A DNA stretch of 64,000 nt, taken from NCBI GenBank assembly GCA_963727775.1, contig CAVSHB010000001.1, positions 800,001 through 864,000 of the forward strand, read 5' to 3'. This document shows positions 11,050 to 22,083 of the stretch, in pieces. The DNA comes from an uncultured Nitrospiraceae bacterium. GTDB taxonomy: Bacteria; Nitrospirota; Thermodesulfovibrionia; Thermodesulfovibrionales; SM23-35. Made by a program: the position numbers and the translations under genes. The notes beneath the pieces are model-generated. The model saw nothing but the letters and a program-made list of their open reading frames with translations. It was not told the origin of the DNA and did not search any database. How positions within the stretch are numbered: position 1 is the first letter of the stretch; every line of letters starts with the position of its first letter.

Positions 11050-11748
11050 ATGTTAAATAAGACAATCACAAAAAGGATAGTGGTCGTAACCGTCGTGGTC
11101 GGACTCGTAGTGCTTTTTAAGGTTCTCGGACTCGGGCAGTATTTCACGCTCACCTACGTCAAGGCATCTCAGGAGAAATTTGCAGCTGTCTACGCTGATC
11201 ACAGGCTGATGGTAATCATCGCATACATGGTGAGCTATATACTTGTTACCTCATTATCATTGCCGGGTGCTGCCGTAATGACCTTGGCAGGCGGAGCGCT
11301 CTTCGGATTGTTGACGGGAACAATTGTTGTTTCCTTTGCAAGTACGATAGGTGCTACCTTAGCGTGCTTTGTCTCAAGGTCCGTTTTACGCGATTGGGTA
11401 CAAAACAAGTTCGCTGACAAGCTTAAAACAGTTAACGATGGGATAGAAAAAGAAGGAGCATTCTATTTATTCACCCTGAGATTGATTCCCGTCTTCCCGT
11501 TTTGGCTCATAAACCTTGTTATGGGACTGACGAAGATGCCTTTGAAGACCTTTTACCCAGTTTCGCAGGTAGGCATGCTGCCAGGAACCATAGTTTATGT
11601 CAATGCAGGAAAAGAGCTTGCCAAGATCGATTCTCTTTCGGGCATACTTTCCCCCGGGCTAATCCTCTCCTTTGTGCTTCTTGGACTTTTTCCGATAATT
11701 ACCAAGAAATTGCTTGCTTTCTATCAATCTAAGAAATTAAGAACATAG
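11050..11748 (+). CDS. TVP38/TMEM64 (DedA/VTT domain) membrane protein
   Basis: SLPGAAVMTLAGGALFG, LRLIPVFPF, SQVGMLPGT. Confidence 0.92.
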   Translation: MLNKTITKRIVVVTVVVGLVVLFKVLGLGQYFTLTYVKASQEKFAAVYADHRLMVIIAYMVSYILVTSLSLPGAAVMTLAGGALFGLLTGTIVVSFASTIGATLACFVSRSVLRDWVQNKFADKLKTVNDGIEKEGAFYLFTLRLIPVFPFWLINLVMGLTKMPLKTFYPVSQVGMLPGTIVYVNAGKELAKIDSLSGILSPGLILSFVLLGLFPIITKKLLAFYQSKKLRT

Positions 11749-11773
11749 ATGATTCAGGAATAAGGAGGCCGGA

Positions 11774-13225
11774 ATGGCAAATTACGATTTTGACATAGGA
11801 ATTCTCGGTGGTGGAGCTGCCGGACTTACTGTTGCGTCAGGTGCGGCCCAGTTTGGAGCAAAGACCCTTCTCGTTGAAAAAGAACATGAACTGGGAGGTG
11901 ACTGCCTCCATTACGGGTGTGTTCCAAGCAAAACGCTCATTAGGACTGCACATATCTACCATCTTATGAAGAATGCTGAAAAATACGGTCTTCCACGGGC
12001 AGACCTCAAACGAGTGGATTTCCAGGCAATCGCAGGAAGGATTCAATCTGTAATTAGTGCCATACAGGAACATGATTCGAAGGAACGGTTTTGCAAACTT
12101 GGTGCCAGGGTCGAATTCGGCAATGCAAATTTTACAGACGAACATTTAGTCCGGCTGAACGGTGAGATATTTTCTGCAAAGAGGTGGGTTATAGCCACCG
12201 GGTCATCTCCATTTATCCCGCCGATTGAAGGAATTGATAAAACACCCTATATTACGAACAAAGAACTTTTTTTACTGAAAAGTCTTCCGAAATCCATGAT
12301 CGCAATCGGCGGGGGTCCTATATCAATAGAGATGGCTGAGGCATTCAATCGACTGGGGACAAAAGTGACCGTAGTTGAACTTGCGAATCAGATTCTCGGG
12401 GCTTAGGACAAAGACATGGCTGAGCAGCTTATGAATAGTTTGATATCCGAAGGCATAACATTTCATCTGGGCTCTCTGCCCCTCAGCACAAAAGACCTTG
12501 GTAATGAAAAAGAGTTAATATTTAAAAATAACGAAGGCAAAATCTTAAACCTGAGGGCCGAAACCATACTTGTTGCCGTCGGAAGAAAAGCAAATCTCCA
12601 AGATCTCGGGCTGGAAGATATTTCAATGGAATTCGATAAAAAAGGGTTGAAGATAGACGACAGGCTCAGGACAAATCATAAGCACATCTTTGTTGCAGGG
12701 GATGCAACAGGCTCATATCAATTTACCCATGCAGCTGGCTATGAGGGGGGCATTGTGCTCAGCAACGCTATTCTTCATCTACCGAGAAAAGTGGATTATG
12801 CTTATCTGCCGTGGTGTACCTATACAGACCCTGAACTTGCCAGCATCGGGATGAACGAGAAGAGGGCGGCGGCGGCAGGCATATCATATTCTGTCTGGAC
12901 AGAAGAGTTTAAAACCAATGACCGAAGCCTTGCAGAAGGAGAAGAGACAGGGAGAATAAAGCTTCTCCTTGATGACAATGAAAAGCCTATAGGTATTCAG
13001 ATACTGGGACCAAGTGCGGGGGAACTGATCAGTGAATGGGTTGCGGTCATGAACGGGAATGTGAAGCTATCGACTATCGCATCAGCCATTCATCCTTATC
13101 CTACTCTTGGAGAAATCAACAAAAAGGTTGTGGGATCGTTTTTTTCCGGCAAGATCTTTTCCGAAAAGGTGAAAAAAGCTCTGAAATTCTTCTTCAATCT
13201 GAAGGGGAGAGCATGCGGAGCATAA
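11774..13225 (+). pseudogene. Pyridine nucleotide-disulfide oxidoreductase (MerA/lipoamide dehydrogenase class) split by in-frame TAG
   Basis: GGGAAG, GGDCLHYGCVPSK, HPYPT; ORFs 11774-12406 and 12416-13225 share a frame, with TAG at 12404-12406 in ILGA*DKDMA. Confidence 0.85.
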
Positions 13226-13641
13226 AGTATTCACAGAAAGAGAAAAAAGTTACAACAAAGCCGGTAGGCTCATGCAAGAAAAACAATGAAACGTTCTTGC
13301 ATGGATAACACCGTGAGTATAAGACGCCAGATTACATCACGGATGTAAGTTTGATGAAGAAGTATGCGGACACCTTTGTGTAATGGTTTTTTTTGGGAAA
13401 CCAACGGTCTCGCTGAAATAGCGGGGCATCGATTAGCAGGTGCACTTGCCGCCGGGCACTAACAATATCGGCTCAGATCTCTTTAGGGCATTTTCGATGA
13501 AAGTTACTTTTGGAATTTCACACGAGTGGAACCGGGGCGGCAAAATTCCCTGAAAGCATTTTTTAATCTCCAGCGTGTCGTAACCACACATAGTACGGGG
13601 CGAAGTCCTTGGCAACGAAAGAATGAGGCCAGTGTGGACTT

Positions 13642-13670
13642 CTGTGAGAAATTTTTTTTGTCCAGTCCAC
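13642..13670. repeat. Direct repeat, right copy CTGTGAGAAA(T8)GTCCAGTCCAC
   Basis: Matches 2066-2093; preceded by GTGGACT, which is inverted relative to its terminal AGTCCAC. Confidence 0.9.
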
Positions 13671-13984
13671 CTGCTTATAAACACCAAGTAAAATTTAAAA
13701 TTATTGAAGAATACAATCGGGACTAAATACGCCGAAATTTATATATAGAGAGTCCTTCAAATCGAAATAAATAGCTTCCCCGTGAAGAACGGCATTTGTT
13801 TTTTCCGGGAATAAATGGAAGAGAGCACAAATTCATGGATAGCGTTTGTTTCAAGCCATACTGTGCTGTTTCTTTCAGTTGAATCCGAAGAGCACAGATT
13901 GTTGATGCCACCTACTGATATGTATTAAACCTGTCAAGTGGGTATTTTTATTGCCTCTTATATGGTCTCCTTTGAGCGTGTGAA

Positions 13985-14245
13985 CTTAGGGCAGAACAGC
14001 AGTGATAAACGACGGTAGATCACTCTGATATACGCGGGTTGGGTACCGCATGACTTATTTTCGTCGTGGAGCTGCCTCTGTCTAACATCGAGGGTCATCC
14101 TATATTCAGGCGCCTCATAGTAGGTACGAGGGATCTCCCCACCGACTGCTGCCCTGGCCGAAGTGCACATTTTCCAAATAAATAGCGTTGTCTGGAGGAG
14201 CGGAGAAACACTCCACCTCTTTTGGAGCCCCGGAAGACAACACCG
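13985..14245 (-). ncRNA. Bridge RNA/seekRNA of IS110 copy 2 (predicted)
   Basis: Reverse complement of 1530-1790. Confidence 0.75.
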
Positions 14246-14278
14246 ATAGTTTCGTTCTGTCGTCAATTCGTTTTATCC

Positions 14279-15406
14279 TTATCTGGTGATACAGGCATTA
14301 GTCTTTCCCATTACGTCACATGCAATTGCCCAAATAAAGCCGCTCAGTTCACGTGCTACAGCGGTACATGCTTGAACCGGAAGTTTCCCCTTATTGATCA
14401 AGTACCAATATCTCTTGCATAACCGTTTTTGCGCCTTCCATGCAATGGCTTGTACCGCTTCGCTGGTCTTCTCTGCCCGTCGCTGCAAATGAGCCGTCTT
14501 GCGTGCCGGCAATCGATAACACCACGAAGCTTCTATAAGCACACGCCTTGCATGTCCATTGCCGGTTTTGGTTATCCCGCCTCGCTGGCGACGACTGCCG
14601 CTTGAGTGCTCACTCGGAACTAACCCCAGGTGAGCCATGAGCTGACGAGGAGATTCAAAGCGACTGATGTCGCCCAGTTCGGCAATGACCGTCATTGCTG
14701 TAATGATGTCGACACCCCGAAGTGCCATCAGACCTGTTACTACAGGCGCCAAAGACCACCCTTCTACTGCGTGACGCATTTCTTCTTCCAGTGAAGCCTC
14801 GCGCCTTTGCATTTGCTTGACCGTATCAACATACTCCTGGAAAACAAGCTGCTGTGCGGGAATCTCAAACTTTATCCCTTCCAGCCATCGAAAATGCGCC
14901 TGCGTCCATTTACTCCTCCCAGGATATCTCTTTCCATGACGCAGAAGGAATGCTCCAAGCCGCTGTTTGGCATGTCCTTCCATAGTCTTCATATCTTCAC
15001 GGGCTCGGGTTAAATCTCTCATCGCTTCCTGCTCTTTATCCGGAACCCATACCGGCGTCAGTTCTCCCGCACGATGTAACCGAGTCAGAGTGTTAGCATC
15101 CCTCCGATCTGTCTTCACGCGATCTCCTGATTTCCTTGGGATAAGCGATGGAGCAACCACATCACACCTCTGACCAAGATCAATCAACTGACGGTATACT
15201 TCATACCCACATGGTCCGGCTTCATAGCAAAACGATACTCGTTCCCCGTTCGAACCCACTTTTTTAACCAGCTTCCTTATTGACTCACCGTTATTGGGTA
15301 TCTCTCCGTAATAAACCGGCTCCCCGCGTCCTTCCTTTGCTATCGCTACTGCTATCGTTTCCTTGTGCACATCCATTCCTACATATTTGCTGCTATACTT
15401 ATCCAT
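14279..15406 (-). CDS. IS110 DEDD recombinase/transposase
   Basis: Protein identical to 369-1496. Confidence 0.95.
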   Translation of the reverse strand: MDKYSSKYVGMDVHKETIAVAIAKEGRGEPVYYGEIPNNGESIRKLVKKVGSNGERVSFCYEAGPCGYEVYRQLIDLGQRCDVVAPSLIPRKSGDRVKTDRRDANTLTRLHRAGELTPVWVPDKEQEAMRDLTRAREDMKTMEGHAKQRLGAFLLRHGKRYPGRSKWTQAHFRWLEGIKFEIPAQQLVFQEYVDTVKQMQRREASLEEEMRHAVEGWSLAPVVTGLMALRGVDIITAMTVIAELGDISRFESPRQLMAHLGLVPSEHSSGSRRQRGGITKTGNGHARRVLIEASWCYRLPARKTAHLQRRAEKTSEAVQAIAWKAQKRLCKRYWYLINKGKLPVQACTAVARELSGFIWAIACDVMGKTNACITR

Positions 15407-15919
15407 AACCTGTCCTCCTTAATTGTGGCTCTGAGCCTATGGTTTTTTCACCTTAAAGCTTAATCCACGTGCCTTAAGGTTGGACAGGTTTAATACATTA
15501 TGTCTGATATGTGGTTCAAGTTATTGCAACAATGAAGATTTTCGAGAGAACTACGCGTAACGCCAATCATCAGACTGCAGGATTCTACCGCTCGTAATTA
15601 ACATCATCAGGGTATATGTGGGCACTGAATTTTATATTGCCGTAATACCGCAATAGGTACCGATCTTAGATAAACACTCTGCGCTATCGTTCTTGATTAG
15701 CTCCAGATATTGTTTTTCATAATACTTATCGTTCAGCAATATCAAACTTATGTATGCTGTTCGTCTGACCAAATGTAAGAGACATCATGAATAACTGAAC
15801 GAATCAATTCCAAATAATTGGCGAAATCTTCTTAATCACTGTGCCCCCCATGTAAAATAAGGCCGATAGACGAAATGATTATAGTTCTTAATATCATAAC
15901 GTCTCATTAGGGAGAGGTA

Positions 15920-17335
15920 CTAACTTATATCTACGAAATCCCTTATATCCAGCCTCTGGTCTACCATCCTCCACTTTCCTGAAGAGGATTGACTGTCCTT
16001 GTGTACAGCAACCACAATTCTGACCCTATTGCCATAAGGGCCCAGTCTCTTTCTAATCTCGCTCAATACGCTGTCCGTATTCTCCTCTTTGTAATACTCA
16101 GCAGCATATACCCTCAGCTCCACTTTGCCGGGGCGTTCCTGATAGAGTTGAAAGCGCCCGATATTTTCTAAGACCCTGTAATCTATGTCGAGATTGACAG
16201 AGAAAACCTGCCCTTCCGAACCGATGAGAAAATCACCGATGCGCCCATCCATACTTTCCAGCACCTCGTAACGCCTCCCGCACAGAGTACAGGAATTGCC
16301 CTTCCTGGTTATATCCCCGGTCACGTATCTGATAAGGGGCATTGCGTAGTTGATGAATCCGGTTCCGACCAATTCAAACGCAGAACCCCGAACTGGAAGA
16401 TACTCGGCATATCCGTATTGCGGATAGAGATGATAAATACCGGAGTGTTCACATCCACCGCCGTGTATCACCTTCTCTACCATCCCGTAATCAGAAAACA
16501 CCCTGGCTCCAAAGACATATTTGATGATTTCCCTCTGCCATTCATACACATTCTCGGCATAAACAATAACTCCCTTAAGCTTGTTACGCAGTGATTTCCC
16601 TCTATTTTTCACAGATGAGGCGAAAGTTGCGACCGCATAAGGAAAGCCTATGAGATATTCAGGCTTGAAATAGTTGATCATTTCTGTATATTCATCAATC
16701 CATTCATCTACAAAGTAATTGCTCGAAAGGATCAGTTTATTTCCGTATTTCTTCCATGGGAGGCTGTCCTTCTTTCCCTCTCTTATATTCGCTACTAAAA
16801 AAACTGTTCTCGAATGCGGGCTGTATCCGCTCCTGCTCCACAGATCAATTATCGTTGCCCAGTGTTTTTCTTCGGTCTCTTTTGTTCCATAAACTATGAG
16901 TGGAATGCCTGTCGTTCCACTAGTAGATGCCGCAATTAATTTGCTCTTATGAATGTTTTCTGTTATGAATTCATGATGATTTTCTTTTATTGTAACCTTG
17001 TTGATATAGGGCAAAGCCTTAATATCGCTCAAGGCCTGTACCTTCTCCGGTTTAAACCCGTACTCTCCAAATAACTTTCTGTAGTAAGGCACATTTGCCC
17101 CAGCGTGCATCAACAAATCTCTTAATTGTTCGACCTGATAAGCCTCGATCTTATCCCTGTCCCACTTTTCTGACTCTTTCAGGAATCCGAGCCAGTATCG
17201 AAATGTCGGCCCATAGGACCCATAGGAGATACTGTATCTGAACTTCAGTGGGAGTCTCTCTAATACTTCCCTAACGGCCTTTTCAATAACCGAGTTGGAT
17301 TCTATGAATTTCTTAATGATCTCTATGGTACCCAT
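15920..17335 (-). CDS. Phenylacetate-CoA ligase/CapK-like adenylate-forming protein
   Basis: NVPYYR, STSGTTG, DYGMVE, MPLIRYVTGD, DGR. Confidence 0.88.
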   Translation of the reverse strand: MGTIEIIKKFIESNSVIEKAVREVLERLPLKFRYSISYGSYGPTFRYWLGFLKESEKWDRDKIEAYQVEQLRDLLMHAGANVPYYRKLFGEYGFKPEKVQALSDIKALPYINKVTIKENHHEFITENIHKSKLIAASTSGTTGIPLIVYGTKETEEKHWATIIDLWSRSGYSPHSRTVFLVANIREGKKDSLPWKKYGNKLILSSNYFVDEWIDEYTEMINYFKPEYLIGFPYAVATFASSVKNRGKSLRNKLKGVIVYAENVYEWQREIIKYVFGARVFSDYGMVEKVIHGGGCEHSGIYHLYPQYGYAEYLPVRGSAFELVGTGFINYAMPLIRYVTGDITRKGNSCTLCGRRYEVLESMDGRIGDFLIGSEGQVFSVNLDIDYRVLENIGRFQLYQERPGKVELRVYAAEYYKEENTDSVLSEIRKRLGPYGNRVRIVVAVHKDSQSSSGKWRMVDQRLDIRDFVDIS

Positions 17336-18486
17336 TACTCAGGATTCTTAACCAACCTTTTGATTTTTCCGAATAAACCTTTTATATATTGGAGCAAGAC
17401 ATTATAAGAAAGCGATTTCAGGCAATAGGTTGCGGAAATAAAATATAGCATACACGTAATTTTTCCGAGCAAATATGTTCCTAATATATATCATGAAAGA
17501 TTTTCGCTCCAAAAACCCATTTTCCGGCCAGATCCATTCTTTCCCGGTCGTATACGACAACATTGCCTCTCCCTTATATCCCCCTGTAACATCCTTATAA
17601 GCAGCATATGGAATGTTCACGCCGCATTCCGAGGATAAACTATTGCTATGAGTTGTCCTCGGATTCATCTCTATAAGCTTATATCTCCCGTCCCTTTGGT
17701 CTAATTTAAATTCGATAAAAGAAATGCCGTGATAACCGAAGATTCTTAATACCCGAAGACCCATATCGACTATTCGAGGGTTCTTTACACTCACAAAATG
17801 GGTACCGGTGCCAAGATCGGGAGGGTATTGTTTTAATTTCCTGCTAACAAACATGGCCGTTGCTTCATCTTTGTTATTAATATAAGACTGGAACTCATAC
17901 AGTTGCGATGCATCACCTTCTATAAACTCTTGAACAATCATTTTAAATCCATCGGCAGTATACTTTTTAAATTTTTCCATTAATTCCTTGCCGGAGTTAC
18001 ATTGAACAGCCTTAATTCCATATCGAATGAAAAATGCTTCTGAATAAGCAGGCTTGAGAATTAAAGGGAACTTAATGTCATCGGAAAGCGCCCCAATATC
18101 TTTTTCATCCCTTGGATAAAATGTATCGGGCAACGGAATGCCATGCGCAGCAGCTTTTTTATATTGCCTCTCCTTATCTACCATATGTTCTGTTATATCC
18201 CACCCTGAAAATGGAATTTTATAATAAGGCTCAAGCTTATTCCTTGATTTTGCTATCACAGTTACATAAGAATCTTTCGCAGGAAATAAAATTTTAATGC
18301 CTTCGATTCTTTTGCCGATATCCATCAGAAATTCCGTAAGATCAAATTCTGAATGTAATGGATTAGGGCAAACAACGCTTTCTGAGACAAACTTCGAATG
18401 AAATCCTATTGCATATGGATTATGGTCTATTGCAAGTATTGAGATATCCTTCCCTCCAAGACTTCTTATAATTCCTAACCCATTAA

Positions 18487-20106
18487 CCCGAAAAATGCGT
18501 TTGCTATAGGCATACCTATAGAGTCAAGCCTATCAAGGCATTGGCTGATTTGTCGATATAAAAGCTAATACTGATGCTGTTTCTTGTTCCACCTCCTGAA
18601 AATTATGTTCTTTTTATCTAAATGCAGTGCAATTACCAAAACTGGGTGGAAAGTATTGTCCCACGCGGTTAAAGAGGTAGCGCAGTTTTGATCGTACTTT
18701 CTGCGTAAAGACAGAAATCCGCAATACAGGTTTCCTTCCATCCCATCCTAATTGGGCTGGAAGGACAAGATACTTGTACCGTAAGGTTTTCAAACGTTCT
18801 GTCTTTTCTTTTTGACCGAGTATCTGATGCCTGAACAGGACAAACAGATTGTAGATGAATACCCGAATAAGCATAGCCGCCTCCGTTGAGTAGAAATACT
18901 TCATCGAGAACCCGCCGAGTGCAAAATCCTCTTTCAGTTCCTTGATGGTATTCTCATCGTTCGCCCTATGCCTGCATTGCTTCCATACCTCATATGTAGA
19001 ATCATGTGAATTGGTTATCCATACGCTATAACGATAATGCCCTGTATCAAACTCATCTCCGAAAAGAGACAACTCTTTTCCCATCGCGTGCGGTCTCTTC
19101 TTGACATCCTGGCGCACTGCAATAAACCTCCTGTCGATTATCCACTCTACATGCTGGAAGAAGAACTCAGTGATCCATATCCCTTCTTCTACCTGTGCCC
19201 AGTTTTGTTGTGCGTAGATTATCCTCTGCAGCGGACGATATAGGCGAGCAGCTATGATATATACTAATTCTCTCTTCTCAAGCAGTTCGATGAACTCCCT
19301 AAGATAAAATCCACTGTCTGCAATAATGCCCTTGATATCGATATGACCGTTGATCCTCTGCCATGTGGATTCAAAAAATCCAATAATGTTGTTCCATGAC
19401 ATCACGTTGCCGGGGCGGTTCCAAAGATTTATCACATACTTGTTTCTGTTAAGAAATGCCAGAAGCGGGCTGTGGCTACCACGGCCCTTCTTCTTCGGGT
19501 TATATCCCCTCTTGACTCCCTCCTGTTTTCCGTATCGCTCAAGGACTGTAGAATCGAACGTCAACCAGTCCTCTTTGAGCTCTTTCCAGGGGATCAATCT
19601 CTTCAAGTATCCCCATAATCCCTCCGACATCTCTTCCACTTCCTTCAGTTTTCTGATCTTCCTGAAAAGCCTGCCCAATGTCGTCGAGGCGATAGGAAGC
19701 CTCTTCACTGCAAAAAGATCGGTGAAAATCTCCTGCCAACCAAGATAAAGTAGATGAGAAAACCTGCTGCCTCCCGCATAGATCAGAAGGATGTATGCCA
19801 ATACCTTGCTGTATATCCCCATTCCATTGGGTGAACTCTCATGGATCGGAATCACCTCTTGCAAAATTCCTCTCAATTTGATCTTTTCAAAAAATGCAGC
19901 CAATAAACTGAATCCCCCATATGCCGTCATCTTCTTCTCCGTAAATCCAATCCTTACTTTATTTATTTCGATCTTTGTGCTACATTTTGACTGCATATTT
20001 CTATTCTCCTTTCGTTTAGAGTTGATGGTCGGGTAAACCTATTGATTCTAATACGAAAGGAGAATTTCTTCGGGGATATTATTTTAGGTCAACTGCACTT
20101 TTTGGG
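18487..20106 (-). mobile_element. IS1380 family element A, copy 2 (1620 bp)
   Basis: Same IRs as copy 1; TTAA duplication at 18483-18486 and 20107-20110. Confidence 0.92.
18614..19996 (-). CDS. IS1380 family DDE transposase
   Basis: Protein identical to 7584-8966. Confidence 0.93.
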   Translation of the reverse strand: MQSKCSTKIEINKVRIGFTEKKMTAYGGFSLLAAFFEKIKLRGILQEVIPIHESSPNGMGIYSKVLAYILLIYAGGSRFSHLLYLGWQEIFTDLFAVKRLPIASTTLGRLFRKIRKLKEVEEMSEGLWGYLKRLIPWKELKEDWLTFDSTVLERYGKQEGVKRGYNPKKKGRGSHSPLLAFLNRNKYVINLWNRPGNVMSWNNIIGFFESTWQRINGHIDIKGIIADSGFYLREFIELLEKRELVYIIAARLYRPLQRIIYAQQNWAQVEEGIWITEFFFQHVEWIIDRRFIAVRQDVKKRPHAMGKELSLFGDEFDTGHYRYSVWITNSHDSTYEVWKQCRHRANDENTIKELKEDFALGGFSMKYFYSTEAAMLIRVFIYNLFVLFRHQILGQKEKTERLKTLRYKYLVLPAQLGWDGRKPVLRISVFTQKVRSKLRYLFNRVGQYFPPSFGNCTAFR

Positions 20107-20254
20107 TTAACATCGCAGCCGAGAACAATCGCCCAATGATTTGAATTCATATTTCAGTCTGCCCTTCGTCCAAGGAGAAAGCCCTCATGAACCAGCTTAA
20201 GCCTACAGGTCTCAGAATCGATGACATTCTGCCGCCATGCGTCCGGATTCACGA

Positions 20255-20722
20255 TTATCCCGTCTTTGCAAAGTCTCTCATATTCAGTTTCTGGTCCACC
20301 ATGATGAACTTGCCCGAAGGTTTCCTGGGAATACCGTCGACGAAGACCACTTCGATATCGATACTATCCTTCAACGGCCCGAGCATCTCTGCAATTTTTG
20401 ACTTTATGTGAAGAGTATCCGATTCGGAATACGTTTCAGCTCTCACTATCTTTAAATATGCCCTTCCCGGCTCGTCCTGGAAAAACTGATATTGCTTGGT
20501 GTTAGGAAAAATCTTTATCCATGGCATAAGTCTCGGAATGATTTTTCCTTCCCTATTAATGAGGTAGTCGTTTATCCTTCCCTCTATCCTGTCGATGAGC
20601 TGATGATGTCGTCCGCAAAGAGGGCAAGAAGCTTCGCCCCGGAGTGCGATATCTGATGTTTTGTATCTTATCAGCGGCATTGCATAGTTCAAAAAACCGG
20701 TTCCCACTATCCCAGTAAGCAA
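20255..20722 (-). pseudogene. C-terminal fragment of a PaaK/CapK-like ligase
   Basis: VGTGFLNYAMPLIRYKTSD...IEGR parallels the C-terminal third of 15920-17335; N-terminal part absent. Confidence 0.8.
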
Positions 20723-20857
20723 CTAAACCCCTCACCTTTCCGTTCCCGTTAACCTGCTATTATATTAATACGATAGCAATATGATTCCAATATGTCAATA
20801 GTTTGTAGTATTGAAATGCTATCACGATAATGTTATTATTTTTCAGGAGGAAACAAC

Positions 20858-21031
20858 ATGGTCAGAGAGAGGCTGTCAATAATGCGGAAGTCTTTCGGAT
20901 TTAGGATTAATGTTGAATTAGCAAAGCAACTGAAGATTCTTGCCGTCGGTCAGGATAAAGCTGTCAATGTTATCCTCGAAGAAGCGATAGAGGACTTACT
21001 GAAGAAGTATTCAAGGAAGGGCAGCAAATAA
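20858..21031 (+). CDS. Ribbon-helix-helix DNA-binding protein (57 aa, not in ORF track)
   Basis: MVRERLSIMRKSFGFRINVELAKQLKILAVGQDKAVNVILEEAIEDLLKKYSRKGSK; SD AGGAGG. Confidence 0.8.
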   Translation: MVRERLSIMRKSFGFRINVELAKQLKILAVGQDKAVNVILEEAIEDLLKKYSRKGSK

Positions 21032-21126
21032 GGCAAACTTCCATAAAAATAGAATTATATTCTTGTTGTCAATAGAACATCCGTCAGGTATAATTTCTCT
21101 CAACCAATTTTAACGGAGGGGACTCT

Positions 21127-21399
21127 ATGAAAAAAGCAGACTTTATCGAAAGAATGGCAAAAGAGGCAAAGATTGCCAAGAAAGCAGCGGGAAAGGCACT
21201 CGATACTTTTCTTGATGAAATCAAGAAGACACTGAAGAAGGGAAGCAAAGTGAGCCTTATCGGTTTTGGAACATTCCATGTTGGCAAAAGGAAAGCAAGA
21301 ACAGGCAGGAATCCGAAAACAGGAGCAGCAATAAAAATCCTTGCCAGAAAGATTCCAAAATTTAAGGCGGGTAAGGCTTTTAAGGATCTATTGAAATAG
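21127..21399 (+). CDS. hup: HU family DNA-binding protein
   Basis: GFGTF, RKARTGRNPKTG, PKFKAGK. Confidence 0.95.
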   Translation: MKKADFIERMAKEAKIAKKAAGKALDTFLDEIKKTLKKGSKVSLIGFGTFHVGKRKARTGRNPKTGAAIKILARKIPKFKAGKAFKDLLK

Positions 21400-21413
21400 T
21401 TTATTGGAATCGG

Positions 21414-21450
21414 AAGTGCCTCTGCTCATTTGGTGGAGGCACTTTTGTTT
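21414..21450 (+). terminator. Intrinsic terminator after hup
   Basis: AAGTGCCTC...GAGGCACTT stem followed by T-rich tract. Confidence 0.75.
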
Positions 21451-21500
21451 CAGTGATGAAACCACAAGACAATTTAGAATAAGTTCATCAAACTAATGCA

Positions 21501-21836
21501 TTACTTATGCTTCCTTACCAGCCTATAGACAAGCCAAACAATTCCAGCCAAGACAATTGCTGGCAATAATAATGTTGCCATAGGTAACAAAGGAAAGAAC
21601 AACAGGGTACACACAACAAAGATTATCACCATCATAACAGCCAATATGTAGACTGAGGGGATTAATATTGCCAGAACCACAGCCAAGATAATCAGTCCCA
21701 AATACGCTGCTATATATCCACTCAGGCTGGTGACTTGTTTACCGTTTATGATTATTGTTGTACCTGTTGAAAAGTTGATTATGGATACCAGCAACAATAT
21801 CCCTAATACAATCAACAGTGTTGTTTTCTTCTTCAT
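21501..21836 (-). CDS. Small integral membrane protein
   Basis: Almost wholly hydrophobic 111-aa ORF in a co-oriented run. Confidence 0.65.
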   Translation of the reverse strand: MKKKTTLLIVLGILLLVSIINFSTGTTIIINGKQVTSLSGYIAAYLGLIILAVVLAILIPSVYILAVMMVIIFVVCTLLFFPLLPMATLLLPAIVLAGIVWLVYRLVRKHK

Positions 21837-21843
21837 TCTCTCG

Positions 21844-22080
21844 CTAATGTTTTATACCAACGAATATTATTACACCAGCCAAAATAAAGGTAGGGATCAG
21901 AAAGGATAGAAGCATTGCCCAAGCACCTTTCTTATTCCCTATGTTGAATGTCCATCCCAACACAGGATTTCTCTTGGGGACTATCCACCTTGTATCTCGC
22001 TTGGAGAAGTAAAACCCTGGAGATGTCCAATTATCCGGATTTTCCCACTCGGATTTATTAGTCTGGTCAATATGAGCCAT
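21844..22080 (-). CDS. DUF5808-like small membrane protein
   Basis: NPDNW..FYFSKRD.R.IVPKR..GWTFN motif plus C-terminal TM helix. Confidence 0.75.
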   Translation of the reverse strand: MAHIDQTNKSEWENPDNWTSPGFYFSKRDTRWIVPKRNPVLGWTFNIGNKKGAWAMLLSFLIPTFILAGVIIFVGIKH

Positions 22081-22083
22081 TAT

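Larger units (their letters stand above)
13915..15503 (-). mobile_element. IS110 family, IS1111 group, copy 2 (1589 bp)
   Basis: Reverse-complement copy of 272-1860 with identical ORF translations; CT cores at 13915-13916 and 15504-15505. Confidence 0.92.
17402..20150 (-). pseudogene. ATP-grasp carboxylate-amine (D-aspartate-ligase-like) ligase interrupted by IS1380
   Basis: Removing the IS and one TTAA restores MNSNHWAIVLGCDVNGLGIIRSLG...DLTEFLMDIGKR, in frame with ORF 17402-18325 (ILKP, IVQEFIEG, IEFK, LIEMNPR). Confidence 0.88.

Noticed and set aside
12404..12406. Pyrrolysine readthrough in the reductase
   Set aside because: The position corresponds to a usual Glu one base change away, and no pyl genes are in the window.
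13700..15800. Gene interrupted by IS110 copy 2
   Set aside because: Joined flanks contain multiple stops in the frames I read; no family recognised.
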